A stretch of 64,000 bases of DNA, taken from NCBI GenBank assembly GCA_037132255.1, contig JBAXPN010000001.1:191395-255394 (forward strand). The letters run 5' to 3'. The DNA is from Candidatus Falkowbacteria bacterium (GTDB taxonomy: Bacteria > Patescibacteriota > Patescibacteriia > Patescibacteriales > UBA12465). Shown one piece after another: positions 10,201-18,509 of this stretch. The position numbers and the translations under genes were made by a program. Under the pieces are notes generated by a model. It was not told the DNA's origin. It made no database searches and saw nothing but the letters and a program-made list of their open reading frames with translations. Position 1 is the first letter of the stretch. Every line of letters starts with the position of its first letter.

Positions 10201-11081
10201 ATTTTGCTTTTGATAATACATGGCGGCAAGCAACGCTGGTTGTTAATCGTAATGATGGTTATTGGGCTTTGTATATTGACGGGGAAGAAGTATTTTATAT
10301 TGATACTTATAAAATGATGCCTGCGATGGATTTAATTGAGCTGGGCGGCGATAATGGTCCTTTTGCTGTAGACGAATTAGCGATTTGGAGTCGTGCATTA
10401 ACGCCTGACGAAATAATTGATATCAGAAATTCTGAAGCTCCGTTTAGCCCTGTTTATTTGCCAGAAGCACAGCAAATTCCAAAATTAAAACATTTTTGGA
10501 ATTTCAATGAAGGCATTGGCACGACAACTCGAGATTTAATTGGAAACACTGACTTGCCGATTGATAAAAACGCTTGGACTAATATTGATGTTAACAATAG
10601 TGCATTAAATAATAATTCAGGTCGAATAATTAATGTAAATTTTCCCGAAATTGATTCGTCCGACCTTTCCTTAACCTTTTGGTGGCGAAGTTCTAATACC
10701 TATTATCGTAATGAATCGAGGGTAGCTCTGCGCAATGAAACAAGCGCCAATATTTTATCTCTAATTCCGAGTCAATTTGTTTCAGGCTATGTCTATAGTA
10801 ACGCCTATAGTTATTTTAGTAGTGGCGAGAATCAAACAATCCCTAATGACTTAAATTGGCATCTTTTAGCTTTAAGTTATGATTCTTATCGTAATTTACT
10901 TCGATTTTATGTTGATGGAGTTGAAAAGGGTAGTCGAAGTTATATTTGGGGAGCAGAAATACCACTCATTAATGCCTTAGAAATTGTCTCAGAGCAGGGC
11001 CAAACAGAAATTGACAATTTAGGTATTTGGGAAGGTGCGCTTAGCCCTGCCCAAATTCAAGAAATATTCGCTAATAATTGA
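7215..11081 (+). CDS. Giant secreted multidomain protein: signal peptide, permuted papain-like (YiiX/LRAT-like, His-then-Cys) domain, Thr/Asn-rich linker, two lamin-tail (LTD) domains and two LamG/concanavalin-A-like domains
   Basis: N-terminal signal/TM (KKILIIIFGLIFL). SGHVGIYIG...EWTCVGLTEKLYE has the His-before-Cys order of permuted papain-fold enzymes. WIELYNP...YRLEK...YT(I/L)YL occurs twice, which is the LTD signature. WHLLALSYD...LRFYVDG and WRQATLVVNRNDGYWALYIDG are LamG_3-like. Confidence 0.6.
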   Translation: MNGKIIIISNYMKKILIIIFGLIFLPKICGAMPPGTLVYRTSENGRMFGYSGDPLIYSEKGIVKNINSGHVGIYIGQENGVDYIVEALANGIVKTPADKFVNLGEGEKYLGAKIPKNLSAIQQAKVVAIAKSLVGKNLAYDFDFKTQKGPESGEWTCVGLTEKLYESANIYNPNNLGSLEYETSYYAIDITPDGFDNYSTVNSYGDCFSADYEYSKIAARVDILIPAPELVGFDVGLIKDDERYIFIPYTQYLQPSLSDITTDITMESYFNGSEVRGSTSKYALALRWSLINNPSSSLSTIARKTKEAVISLKNRIFGNGTDAAEIALVTENTSNQNVTSEDTTAKTGALINKATSTKLEDAEINDPKTTNTGKQATTAKTSTSKTVSTKTNSTQTNSVSNNKTNQNTNTINDSVEAASYYSPAKASENTVIAADSKVIETPKIATVSRIYATGNNKWIELYNPTDLDFDLAAAGYRLEKAKTAADPTLIMRIGKTEDGSYPGGTIIKARGTYMIVKSTASDYYLRQADAVATRDDFTWPSSGYTIYLGTGAISSNTDPDIVEALGYGANATYYQGDAPAPEITDNYSLNRQKGSGNNNLDFKLVKSDDPTIDWTIDNEEETSNTATSTIINTAASTSTISTTTHIIATTTPSISNSTNNIASTTSNIATSSPNQANTLPLLINGIYGSGVNDWIELYNPNNFAIDLYSNEYRLEKTKTAIDPALIMRIGDPLDGYYPGTTIINANGKYLIVRDDADQFFKDKASAIATRLDFSWLNSGYTLYLASGPVSSSTDEDIIDTLGFGLNATFWRGYNPAEAMKDGYSLSRTSNTGNNNLDYNLLKSDDPSIDWSEENSDTGTSMNIYNFSTSSYDLFSFPEPINSAGLEYVWHFDECTGSTTASSLGNSTLNVANHWKSGKYICSKEAGYDYGKIVGPLDKQIDINNFTISFWFKATQSYPRLSLTLANDQSDSINVTLEQGLMQFSGLANPSWRYYQDFAFDNTWRQATLVVNRNDGYWALYIDGEEVFYIDTYKMMPAMDLIELGGDNGPFAVDELAIWSRALTPDEIIDIRNSEAPFSPVYLPEAQQIPKLKHFWNFNEGIGTTTRDLIGNTDLPIDKNAWTNIDVNNSALNNNSGRIINVNFPEIDSSDLSLTFWWRSSNTYYRNESRVALRNETSANILSLIPSQFVSGYVYSNAYSYFSSGENQTIPNDLNWHLLALSYDSYRNLLRFYVDGVEKGSRSYIWGAEIPLINALEIVSEQGQTEIDNLGIWEGALSPAQIQEIFANN
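8559..9770 (+). repeat. Intragenic tandem duplication encoding the two LTD domains (copies about 8559-9055 and 9261-9770)
   Basis: The protein segments IYATGNNKWIELYNPTDLDFDL...NNNLDFKLVKSDDPTIDW and IYGSGVNDWIELYNPNNFAIDL...NNNLDYNLLKSDDPSIDW are collinear with about 50% identity. Confidence 0.6.
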
Positions 11082-11084
11082 TAA

Positions 11085-11111
11085 AAAAAGCCACTTTCGG
11101 GTGGCTTTTTA
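11085..11111 (+). terminator. Rho-independent terminator
   Basis: Hairpin AAGCCAC-TTTCGG-GTGGCTT followed by T5. Confidence 0.8.
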
Positions 11112-11149
11112 CTTGATTTATTTCTCGTTTTCTTGTATTGTGTAATTGT

Positions 11150-11545
11150 TATTAGGGCAAGCGGGCAATCGCTCTTTTTTGTAGTTTACTATAAAAGGGA
11201 GAGGAAAGTCCGGACTTCATCGCTTGGTAACAAGCGGAGACGATAGTGGGTAACGCCCACCGAGGTGTTTAATTTATTAAACGCTTTAGGGAAAGTGCCA
11301 CAGAGACAATACTAATTCTGGAATTTATTGACAGAATCAAAGGTGAAAAGATGCTGGGTGTTTCTTCTTGAAGCTACTGGCATCGGCCTCCGGTGACGGA
11401 GATGCCGTGGTAAACCCTATCAGAAGCAAGAGCAAACTTTTGCCAGTTTGGCAAAAAGACAAGTAGCTCGCATGAGCTTATTAGTAATAATAAGCCTAGA
11501 TAAATGATTGCTAGAACAGAATCCGGCTTACGGCTACCCTAATAA
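11150..11545 (+). ncRNA. rnpB: RNase P RNA, bacterial type
   Basis: Carries the universally conserved P4 strands GAGGAAAGTCCGGACTTC (5') and ACAGAATCCGGCTTACGGC (3'), plus GGTAACGCCCACC and GGTGAAA elements. The 5' ATTAGGG... and 3' ...CCCTAAT ends can pair as P1. The length of about 395 nt fits. Confidence 0.85.
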
Positions 11546-11548
11546 CAA

Positions 11549-12985
11549 ATGTTATCCATTAATTTATATATGAAAAAAATTGAAACTTTTTTTTCCACCT
11601 TATTTATTCCCGTTGATTTTATTCTCTTGGTTTTAGCCGGTCTCTCCGCTTACTACCTAAGATTTTCGAATTGGTCGGCAAATATTAGACCGATTATTTT
11701 TAATTTGCAATTCTCATCCTATTTTCGATCATTGCTTGTTGTCGCCTTGCTTTGGATAATTATTTTAGCCGTCTCTGGCGTCTATAGTATTCGCAGTGCG
11801 CGTAAATTAGCACAAGAAATTCGCAAAATTTTCTTTGCTTGCGCAGCTGGCCTCGCCTTAATCGCCATTATTATCTTTTTTCAACGTGAACTATTTGATT
11901 CACGTTTTATTGTTTTAGTCGGCTCTGTATTCGCCTTTCTCTATTTAAGTATTGCTCATGCCTTTATTCGTTGGCTGCAAAGACGTTTATATGGATATGG
12001 AATTGGCGTTCATAAAGTCATTTTAGTTGGTAATTCAAAAACTACTGATAATTTAATCGCTGAATTTTCGAGCAATAAGAAATCCGGTTACGAAGTTATA
12101 AAAAGAGTTAGAGATTTTTCTCTTGAAACTGCTCAGGAAGTAGCCGAATTTATTTCTGGCAGGGAAGTTGATGAAATTATTCAAAGTGATCCAAACTTAA
12201 CTAAAGCAGAAACCTTACGTCTCTACGATTTTACTAATGAAAACCATATTACTTTTAAATATGTCGCTGATTTACTCGAAGTAAAAGTTTTACGCACTGA
12301 AGTGGCAGAAATTATTGGTATTCCAGTCGTTGAAGTTAAGCGTACCACTTTAGAAGGTTGGGGAAGAGTGTTTAAACGAATTTTTGATATTGTCGGATCA
12401 GGTCTGCTTATTTTAATTTTTTCTCCAATTATTCTTTTAACAATGTTAGCTATTTCGCTCGATTCTCGCGGACCGATATTTTTTTCCCGCCGTGATGATG
12501 GTAATCCTGTTTATCGCGTCGGTGAAGGTGGAACGACTTTTCGTTATTTTAAATTTAGATCAATGATACCGAATTCAGATAGTATGCGCTATAACGAGCT
12601 CGCTGATCGCAATTTACGAAGCGAAGGCCCATTAGTTAAGATTCAGGATGATCCTCGCGTTACTCGTATTGGCCAACTTATCCGCCGTTGGTCGATTGAT
12701 GAATTACCGGAATTATTTTTGGTGTTCATTGGTCGTATGAGTTTAGTAGGGCCGCGCCCACATTTACCAGAAGAGGTCGCTAAATATGAAAATTATCATC
12801 GCAAAACTCTGACCATTAAGCCGGGAATAACGGGCTTAGCTCAAGTTTCGGGGCGTAGTGACTTACTCTTCGAAGAAGAGGCAAAACTTGATATTTACTA
12901 TATTGAAAATTGGTCTCTTCTACTCGATATTTCTATATTATTTAAAACACCCTTCGCGGTCTTTAAACATCGCCAGGCTGAATAA
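11549..12985 (+). CDS. Polyprenyl-phosphate sugar phosphotransferase (bacterial sugar transferase; WbaP/WcaJ-like initiating enzyme)
   Basis: N-terminal TM helices, then the C-terminal Bac_transf signature: ...RIFDIVGSGLLILIFSPIILL...FKFRSM...DELPELFLVFIGRMSLVGPRP...PGITGLAQVSGRS. The annotated ATG abuts the rnpB 3' end, so the in-frame ATG at 11570 may be the true start. Confidence 0.8.
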   Translation: MLSINLYMKKIETFFSTLFIPVDFILLVLAGLSAYYLRFSNWSANIRPIIFNLQFSSYFRSLLVVALLWIIILAVSGVYSIRSARKLAQEIRKIFFACAAGLALIAIIIFFQRELFDSRFIVLVGSVFAFLYLSIAHAFIRWLQRRLYGYGIGVHKVILVGNSKTTDNLIAEFSSNKKSGYEVIKRVRDFSLETAQEVAEFISGREVDEIIQSDPNLTKAETLRLYDFTNENHITFKYVADLLEVKVLRTEVAEIIGIPVVEVKRTTLEGWGRVFKRIFDIVGSGLLILIFSPIILLTMLAISLDSRGPIFFSRRDDGNPVYRVGEGGTTFRYFKFRSMIPNSDSMRYNELADRNLRSEGPLVKIQDDPRVTRIGQLIRRWSIDELPELFLVFIGRMSLVGPRPHLPEEVAKYENYHRKTLTIKPGITGLAQVSGRSDLLFEEEAKLDIYYIENWSLLLDISILFKTPFAVFKHRQAE

Positions 12986-12993
12986 TCAAACAA

Positions 12994-14106
12994 ATGAAAG
13001 TTGCTTTAATACACGATCACTTAGCCCAAGATGGCGGTGCTGAAAAAGTTTTAAAAGTCTTTTCTGATATGTTTCCGGAAGCGCCGATTTATACTTTATT
13101 ATATGAAGATAAAAATGTCGCTAAGTATTTTAAAGATAAGCGAATCGAAACATCTGTTATCCAAAAACTTCCCGGAGGCATTAAACATTATCAATGGTAT
13201 CTTTTTTTCATGCCAATGGCGGTGGAATTTTTTGATTTATCATCATATGATTTAGTAATCTCAGATACTAGCTCATTTGCGAAGGGGGTAATAACTAAGC
13301 CTCATTGTCTGCATATTTGCTATTGTCATACTCCTACCCGCTACTTATGGAGTGATACTCATCAATATATAAACGAACTTAAATATAATAAGTGGTTTAA
13401 GAAAATCATTTCTTTGATTTTAAACCGCATCAGACTTTGGGATCGTTTAGCGGCCGATCGCGTTGATGTCTTTATTGCAAACTCAATAACTGTTCAGGAG
13501 AGAATTACCAAGTATTATCGTCGCGATTCGACTGTTATCTATCCACCCGTTGAGACGGAAAGATTTTCTGTTATCGATATTAGTAAGCAAGCCCGGGAAG
13601 AGAAGTATTTTTTAGCCGGTTGCCGCTTGGCTCCCTATAAACGGGTCGATCTAGTTGTTGAGGCTTTTAAAAAATTAGGATCAGCTTATAAATTGAAAAT
13701 TTTCGGTGACGGGGTAGACTTAGAACGTTTAAAGATGATTGCCGGAAAAGCGGAGAATATCGAATTTTTAGGACGAGTTAGCGAGGATAATAAGGCAAAA
13801 CTATTTCAAGGCGCGCAGGCTTTTATTAATCCCCAAGAAGAAGATTTTGGTATTACTGTTGTTGAATCTATGGCGAGTGGTCGTCCAGTTATCGCTTATC
13901 GTCTCGGAGGCGCAACGGAAACAATTATTGAAGATCAAACTGGTGTATTTTTTAATGAGCAGAGCGCCGATTCTTTAATCGCTGCAATTAAAAAATTTGA
14001 AACAATTGATTTTAATTCTCAAGATATACGTCATCATGCCGAAAAGTTCTCAGTTGCTAACTTTAATCAACAAATATCCGATTTTATTGCCAGCCATAAA
14101 AAATAG
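12994..14106 (+). CDS. Glycosyltransferase family 4 (GT-B, group 1)
   Basis: C-terminal EDFGITVVESMASGRPVIA...GGATETI motif typical of GT4. Confidence 0.75.
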   Translation: MKVALIHDHLAQDGGAEKVLKVFSDMFPEAPIYTLLYEDKNVAKYFKDKRIETSVIQKLPGGIKHYQWYLFFMPMAVEFFDLSSYDLVISDTSSFAKGVITKPHCLHICYCHTPTRYLWSDTHQYINELKYNKWFKKIISLILNRIRLWDRLAADRVDVFIANSITVQERITKYYRRDSTVIYPPVETERFSVIDISKQAREEKYFLAGCRLAPYKRVDLVVEAFKKLGSAYKLKIFGDGVDLERLKMIAGKAENIEFLGRVSEDNKAKLFQGAQAFINPQEEDFGITVVESMASGRPVIAYRLGGATETIIEDQTGVFFNEQSADSLIAAIKKFETIDFNSQDIRHHAEKFSVANFNQQISDFIASHKK

Positions 14107-14109
14107 TTT

Positions 14110-15252
14110 ATGAAGATTGGAGTCGACATTAGAGTATTAATGGATGAATACTATAGCGGTGTCTCTCAATACACCGCTAATTTATTGACGGCAATTTTGG
14201 CTGCTGATAAAAAAAATAATTATAAATTATTTTATAATTCATGGGATAAACTTGATAAAAAATTGAGTATTTGGCGAAGAGATAATGCCAGCGTTATAGG
14301 TAGCCATATTCCTAATAAGATATTCAATTATTTTGGTCAAAGTGTATTAGCTTATCCTAAAATTGATAAATTATTAGGTGGCGTTGATATTTTTTGGGCT
14401 CCGCATTTTAATTTTTCGAGTCTTGGTGCAGAAACAAAAAAAATCATCACCGTTCATGACTTATCGTTTTTAAGATATCCAGAATTTTTTAGTTTGCGAA
14501 AAAATTGTTGGCACAAGGCTTTACGGGTCAGGAATATCCTCCGTAATGCTGATAAGATAATTGCCGTTTCCGAAAATACCAAAAATGATATCGTTGAACT
14601 CGTTGGTGTTCTACCTGAAAAAATTAGAGTTATTTACTCGGGTAATAATGCGATTAAAAAAGACGTAGATAAAGATAAGGCCGACAAATTCTTGCAAAGT
14701 CATAATATTTCCGGCCGTTTAATTCTATATTTAGGCACAATCGAGCCACGAAAAAACATCATTGGTTTAATTGCAGCTTACGAAGAGTTGCGCGCAAAGA
14801 ATTCTGAACTTAATGATGTAAAATTACTTTTAGTGGGTGCTAAGGGCTGGAAAAATAATCAGACCTACTCTAAATGGAAGAAATCGCCATACAAAAAGGA
14901 TATAATATTTTTAGGATATATTAATGAGGAGGAAAGAGATATTCTTTATGCTGAATCGAGTGTTTTTGCTTACCCCTCCTTTTACGAAGGTTTTGGTTTC
15001 CCACCGCTCGAGGCAATGACATATGGTTTGCCCGTTGTTTGTTCGAATGTTTCAAGCCTACCTGAAGTAGTTGGCGCGGCCGCCATAACCGTTAATCCAT
15101 ACGAGTCGGAGGAAATTGCCGATGCCTTAAGACTAGTTTTAACAGATAAGTCATTGCGCGAACTACTAATAAGCCGCGGCTATGAGCAGGCTAATAAATT
15201 TACCTGGGCTAAAACAGCAAGTGAATATCTAGATGCATTTGAAAAGATTTAG
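14110..15252 (+). CDS. Glycosyltransferase family 4 (GT-B, group 1)
   Basis: [32 protein letters not shown] motif (E-x7-E signature). Confidence 0.75.
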   Translation: MKIGVDIRVLMDEYYSGVSQYTANLLTAILAADKKNNYKLFYNSWDKLDKKLSIWRRDNASVIGSHIPNKIFNYFGQSVLAYPKIDKLLGGVDIFWAPHFNFSSLGAETKKIITVHDLSFLRYPEFFSLRKNCWHKALRVRNILRNADKIIAVSENTKNDIVELVGVLPEKIRVIYSGNNAIKKDVDKDKADKFLQSHNISGRLILYLGTIEPRKNIIGLIAAYEELRAKNSELNDVKLLLVGAKGWKNNQTYSKWKKSPYKKDIIFLGYINEEERDILYAESSVFAYPSFYEGFGFPPLEAMTYGLPVVCSNVSSLPEVVGAAAITVNPYESEEIADALRLVLTDKSLRELLISRGYEQANKFTWAKTASEYLDAFEKI

Positions 15253-15305
15253 ATAATAAAAAAGTGGCTTGCAAGCAAACCACTGAAACTTTTTAAGGCC
15301 GTACC

Positions 15306-15452
15306 TTATCGCTCATATTCGGAGCGTTCATCTAAAAAAATAAGATAATCTGGAAAGTTTTCGCAGACAACTACGTCGCCTGTGTTTAGAAACACGATAA
15401 TACTTTTACTAGTAATTGTAGTTTCATTCTGAGTTAAATTTAGTTCTTCCAT
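15306..15452 (-). CDS. Candidate small protein (48 aa, MEELNLTQNETTITSKSIIVFLNTGDVVVCENFPDYLIFLDERSEYER) inside a 338-bp intergenic gap
   Basis: Not in the ORF track. A minus-strand ORF with ATG at 15452 and TAA at 15306-15308. On the - strand it is followed by the hairpin GTGGTTTGC-TTGC-AAGCCAC plus T6 (plus-strand coordinates about 15268-15295). No Shine-Dalgarno sequence was seen. Confidence 0.2.
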   Translation of the reverse strand: MEELNLTQNETTITSKSIIVFLNTGDVVVCENFPDYLIFLDERSEYER

Positions 15453-15590
15453 TCGGTAATGATTTTTTTTATGTTAACTAGCTAGACCAGTTAACCGGGC
15501 AATATAATGTAAAGTACGATATTAAGGTACCGCCAGTATTATCCTATATTTAAGACGAATTGTCAAACTTAAAAAAATATAAATTCACAT

Positions 15591-16691
15591 ATGAAAGTAA
15601 TTAAGAAAAAAATAATCACCAAGAAAAAGGGTAAAGTTCTTGTTGCCATGTCAGGCGGAGTCGATTCTAGTGTGGCCGCTCAATTGTTAAAAAATCAAGG
15701 CTACGACGTTGCTGGAGTCTTTTTGCATTTCTGGAAAGATGAATCTGCCGGCTTAAACCACGAAAATCGTTGTTGCTCCTTAGAATCATTAATGGACGCT
15801 AAATTAGTCGCTGCTAAAATCGGCATGCCTTTATATACTTTTAACTTTTCCGAACCCTTTAAAAAGGCAGTGGTCGATAACTTTCTCAGCGAGTATGATG
15901 CCGGTCGTACACCGAATCCTTGTGTTGTTTGTAACCGGAAAATTAAAATTGGGCTTCTATTAAAGCATGCACGTGCGCTAGGTTATGATTATGTCGCTAC
16001 TGGTCATTATTTAACACTAAAGAAAGTCGGACGTGAGATTCAATTATTTAAAGCCAAAGATAAAAATAAAGATCAGTCATATTTTTTATATACCTTTAAA
16101 CCTGATGAGCTCAAACATCTATTATTTCCCCTCGGATCATATGTAAAACCAGAGGTCAGAAAATTAGCGGCTAAGTTCAAGTTAGTGGTTGCGGGTAAAG
16201 CTGAGAGTCAAGATATTTGTTTTTTAGCAGGCGATCATAATAATTTTCTAAAAAAATATTTGGATTTGAAGTCAGGCGATATTAAAATTTTGGAAACAGG
16301 AGAAAAAATAGGCGAACATCTTGGCCTACCACTTTACACAATCGGTCAAAGACGTGGCCTAGTTGGAGGAACGGGCCCGTATTACGTCGCAAAATTTGAT
16401 TATAAGAATAATATCCTCTACGTCGTTAAAAATTGGAATGAGAATATTCTCTATGAGAAAACGCTGATTGCTAAAGACGTTAATTGGCTAAGTGGACGTG
16501 CGCCTAAACGCCTTCTAGAATGTGAGGCTGTTATTCGCTATGGCCATAAAGCTGTTAAATGCACGGTAAGCCCAAAGAACAAAAATGATTACAACGTTGA
16601 GTTTAAAGCGGTTCAACGAGCCGTTACGCCGGGACAAAGCATTGTATTTTATAATAAAAAACAGGTTTTAGGCGGAGGCATAATTAAATAA
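15591..16691 (+). CDS. mnmA: tRNA-specific 2-thiouridylase (tRNA 2-thiouridine(34) synthase)
   Basis: PP-loop VLVAMSGGVDSSVAA, conserved NPCVVCNRKIK, and a typical C-terminal domain. Confidence 0.85.
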   Translation: MKVIKKKIITKKKGKVLVAMSGGVDSSVAAQLLKNQGYDVAGVFLHFWKDESAGLNHENRCCSLESLMDAKLVAAKIGMPLYTFNFSEPFKKAVVDNFLSEYDAGRTPNPCVVCNRKIKIGLLLKHARALGYDYVATGHYLTLKKVGREIQLFKAKDKNKDQSYFLYTFKPDELKHLLFPLGSYVKPEVRKLAAKFKLVVAGKAESQDICFLAGDHNNFLKKYLDLKSGDIKILETGEKIGEHLGLPLYTIGQRRGLVGGTGPYYVAKFDYKNNILYVVKNWNENILYEKTLIAKDVNWLSGRAPKRLLECEAVIRYGHKAVKCTVSPKNKNDYNVEFKAVQRAVTPGQSIVFYNKKQVLGGGIIK

Positions 16692-16753
16692 ATTTCACAT
16701 ATTAATATTTGTGCTATAATACACGAGTCTTAAAATATTAATTTTAAATAATT

Positions 16754-17110
16754 ATGTCTCAACAACTCCCCGATGTTTTTAAAAGAATTCAGGATAAGAA
16801 AAGGGAACAACGTGATCTGAAAACTATCTATCGCGACGCCCTCTCGGTCAATGGTGAATATCAGCAAGCCCTTGAAGAACTAGAAGCACTTAAAATCAAG
16901 AAGAAAAAAATTGAAGCCTCGGTGCAATCTGATTTTAAAGAAGAATTTGATAAATTAGAGGGACTGAAATTAAATATCGCCGGAGATAATCAATTACTTA
17001 GCGATTTAGCTTTAACCCAATTAACTAGCGGTGAACCGGTTAAAATTATTGATGAAAATAAGGTTGAGTACGAACCAGTATTTACCGTAAGATTTAAAAA
17101 AACCAAATAG
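16754..17110 (+). CDS. Hypothetical coiled-coil protein (118 aa)
   Basis: Charged heptad-like sequence with no recognisable family. It is followed by a terminator. Confidence 0.4.
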   Translation: MSQQLPDVFKRIQDKKREQRDLKTIYRDALSVNGEYQQALEELEALKIKKKKIEASVQSDFKEEFDKLEGLKLNIAGDNQLLSDLALTQLTSGEPVKIIDENKVEYEPVFTVRFKKTK

Positions 17111-17121
17111 AATAATTTGAA

Positions 17122-17155
17122 ACAAAAAACAGACCAAAATTGAGGTCTGTTTTTG
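17122..17155. terminator. Bidirectional rho-independent terminator
   Basis: Hairpin CAGACC-AAAATTGA-GGTCTG flanked by A6 upstream and T5 downstream. It lies between a + strand ORF and the - strand tRNA. Confidence 0.7.
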
Positions 17156-17159
17156 CATG

Positions 17160-17243
17160 TGCCGCGAGAGGGAATCGAACCCTCACTAGGTCGCCCCAAC
17201 ACGATTTTGAGTCGTGCGCGTCTACCAGTTCCGCCATCGCGGC
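17160..17243 (-). tRNA. tRNA-Leu (anticodon CAA)
   Basis: The reverse complement reads GCCGCGA TG GCGGAACTGGTAGACGCGC CACGA-CTCAAAA-TCGTG TTGGGGCGACCTAGT GAGGG-TTCGATT-CCCTC TCGCGGC A. This gives a 7-bp acceptor, U33, anticodon CAA and the long variable arm typical of Leu. No CCA is encoded. Confidence 0.85.
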
Positions 17244-17331
17244 ATACTAATTACGAAATTTAGTATAATAAATATATGTCTAATTGTCAAAGATTTTTCT
17301 TTAAGATATAATAAATATAGTTATAAATCCT

Positions 17332-18096
17332 ATGGGAAAAATCATTGCTATTGTTAATCAAAAAGGCGGTGTCGGCAAGACAACGACGGCCGTAAATTTA
17401 GGTGCCTATTTAGCTTATCTTGGTAAACAGGTTCTTTTGGTTGATATTGACCCTCAAGCTAATGCAACTTCAGGTCTTGGCCTAGATCATCGAAATTTAG
17501 AGGCGGGCGTTTATGAATCCTTAATTGGCGACAAACCAGTTTTTGAAGTTATTAAAAGAACGATGCAAGAAGGTTTAAAAGTCGCTCCAGCTACTCTTTC
17601 TCTCGCTGGAGCTGGTATAGATTTGGTTAATCTCGAAAATCGCGAATTTCGCTTGTCGATAATTTTAGAAGAAATTAGAAAAGATTATGATTATATAATT
17701 ATTGACGGTCCACCATCTCTCGGATTATTAACGGTTAATAGTTTAGTCGCGGCTGATGAGGTATTAATTCCGATCCAAAGTGAATACTTCGCGCTTGAAG
17801 GCTTGAGTCAATTACTTGAAACAATCAGCCTTGTTCAAAATAATTTGAAGCCATCGCTGGGCATTATGGGCGCGGTCATTACCATGTTTGATAAACGAAA
17901 TAAATTATCCGAGGCGGTGATGGAAGAACTTTATAAATTTTTTCCCAACCGAATATTTCGCTCGGTTATTCCACGAAGTGTTCGTTTGGCCGAGGCACCG
18001 AGCTACGGACGTTCCATTTTGCACTATGATCCAAAATCTCGTGGCGGAAAAGCATATGAAGGCTTAGCGAAAGAAGTGTTGAGCCTAGAAAAATAA
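17332..18096 (+). CDS. parA: Chromosome partitioning ATPase ParA/Soj
   Basis: Deviant Walker A motif KIIAIVNQKGGVGKTTTAVNL. Confidence 0.85.
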   Translation: MGKIIAIVNQKGGVGKTTTAVNLGAYLAYLGKQVLLVDIDPQANATSGLGLDHRNLEAGVYESLIGDKPVFEVIKRTMQEGLKVAPATLSLAGAGIDLVNLENREFRLSIILEEIRKDYDYIIIDGPPSLGLLTVNSLVAADEVLIPIQSEYFALEGLSQLLETISLVQNNLKPSLGIMGAVITMFDKRNKLSEAVMEELYKFFPNRIFRSVIPRSVRLAEAPSYGRSILHYDPKSRGGKAYEGLAKEVLSLEK

Positions 18097-18107
18097 TTAA
18101 GATTTTT

Positions 18108-18503
18108 ATGAAAGTCTACAAATTCAAATACGAAAAATTAGTCCGGGATATGATACCGACGAAAATAAAAAAATCTGGCGGGAAAGTAAAACAGAAGACG
18201 CTTAGCACTAACAAATACATTTACGAACTAAAAAGGAAATTGATTGAAGAGGGAGAAGAATTACTGGTCGCAAAAAATACAAAAGACACACTTGATGAGA
18301 TGGCAGATATTCAGGAGCTAATTGATTGCTTATTGGTTTCCTTGGGCAAGAAAACACCTGATTTAAAAAAGCTGCAAAAAGAAAAGAATAAAAAGAACGG
18401 ATCTTTTAAGGACAAGATATATATAAACAATATAAGCGCTGATGAGAATTTTGATTGGTTAGACTATCATTTAAAAAACAAACAGAAATATCCCCTAATA
18501 TAA
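18108..18503 (+). CDS. MazG-like / HisE-like all-alpha NTP pyrophosphohydrolase family protein
   Basis: The core motif E47-x2-E50 ...(13 aa)... E64-x2-D67 (EEGEEL...DEMAD) matches the ExxE-x12-28-ExxD metal-binding signature. The N-terminal KLVRDMIP resembles the KLVRDxIPE start of small MazG-like proteins. Confidence 0.6.
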   Translation: MKVYKFKYEKLVRDMIPTKIKKSGGKVKQKTLSTNKYIYELKRKLIEEGEELLVAKNTKDTLDEMADIQELIDCLLVSLGKKTPDLKKLQKEKNKKNGSFKDKIYINNISADENFDWLDYHLKNKQKYPLI

Positions 18504-18509
18504 TAATAT

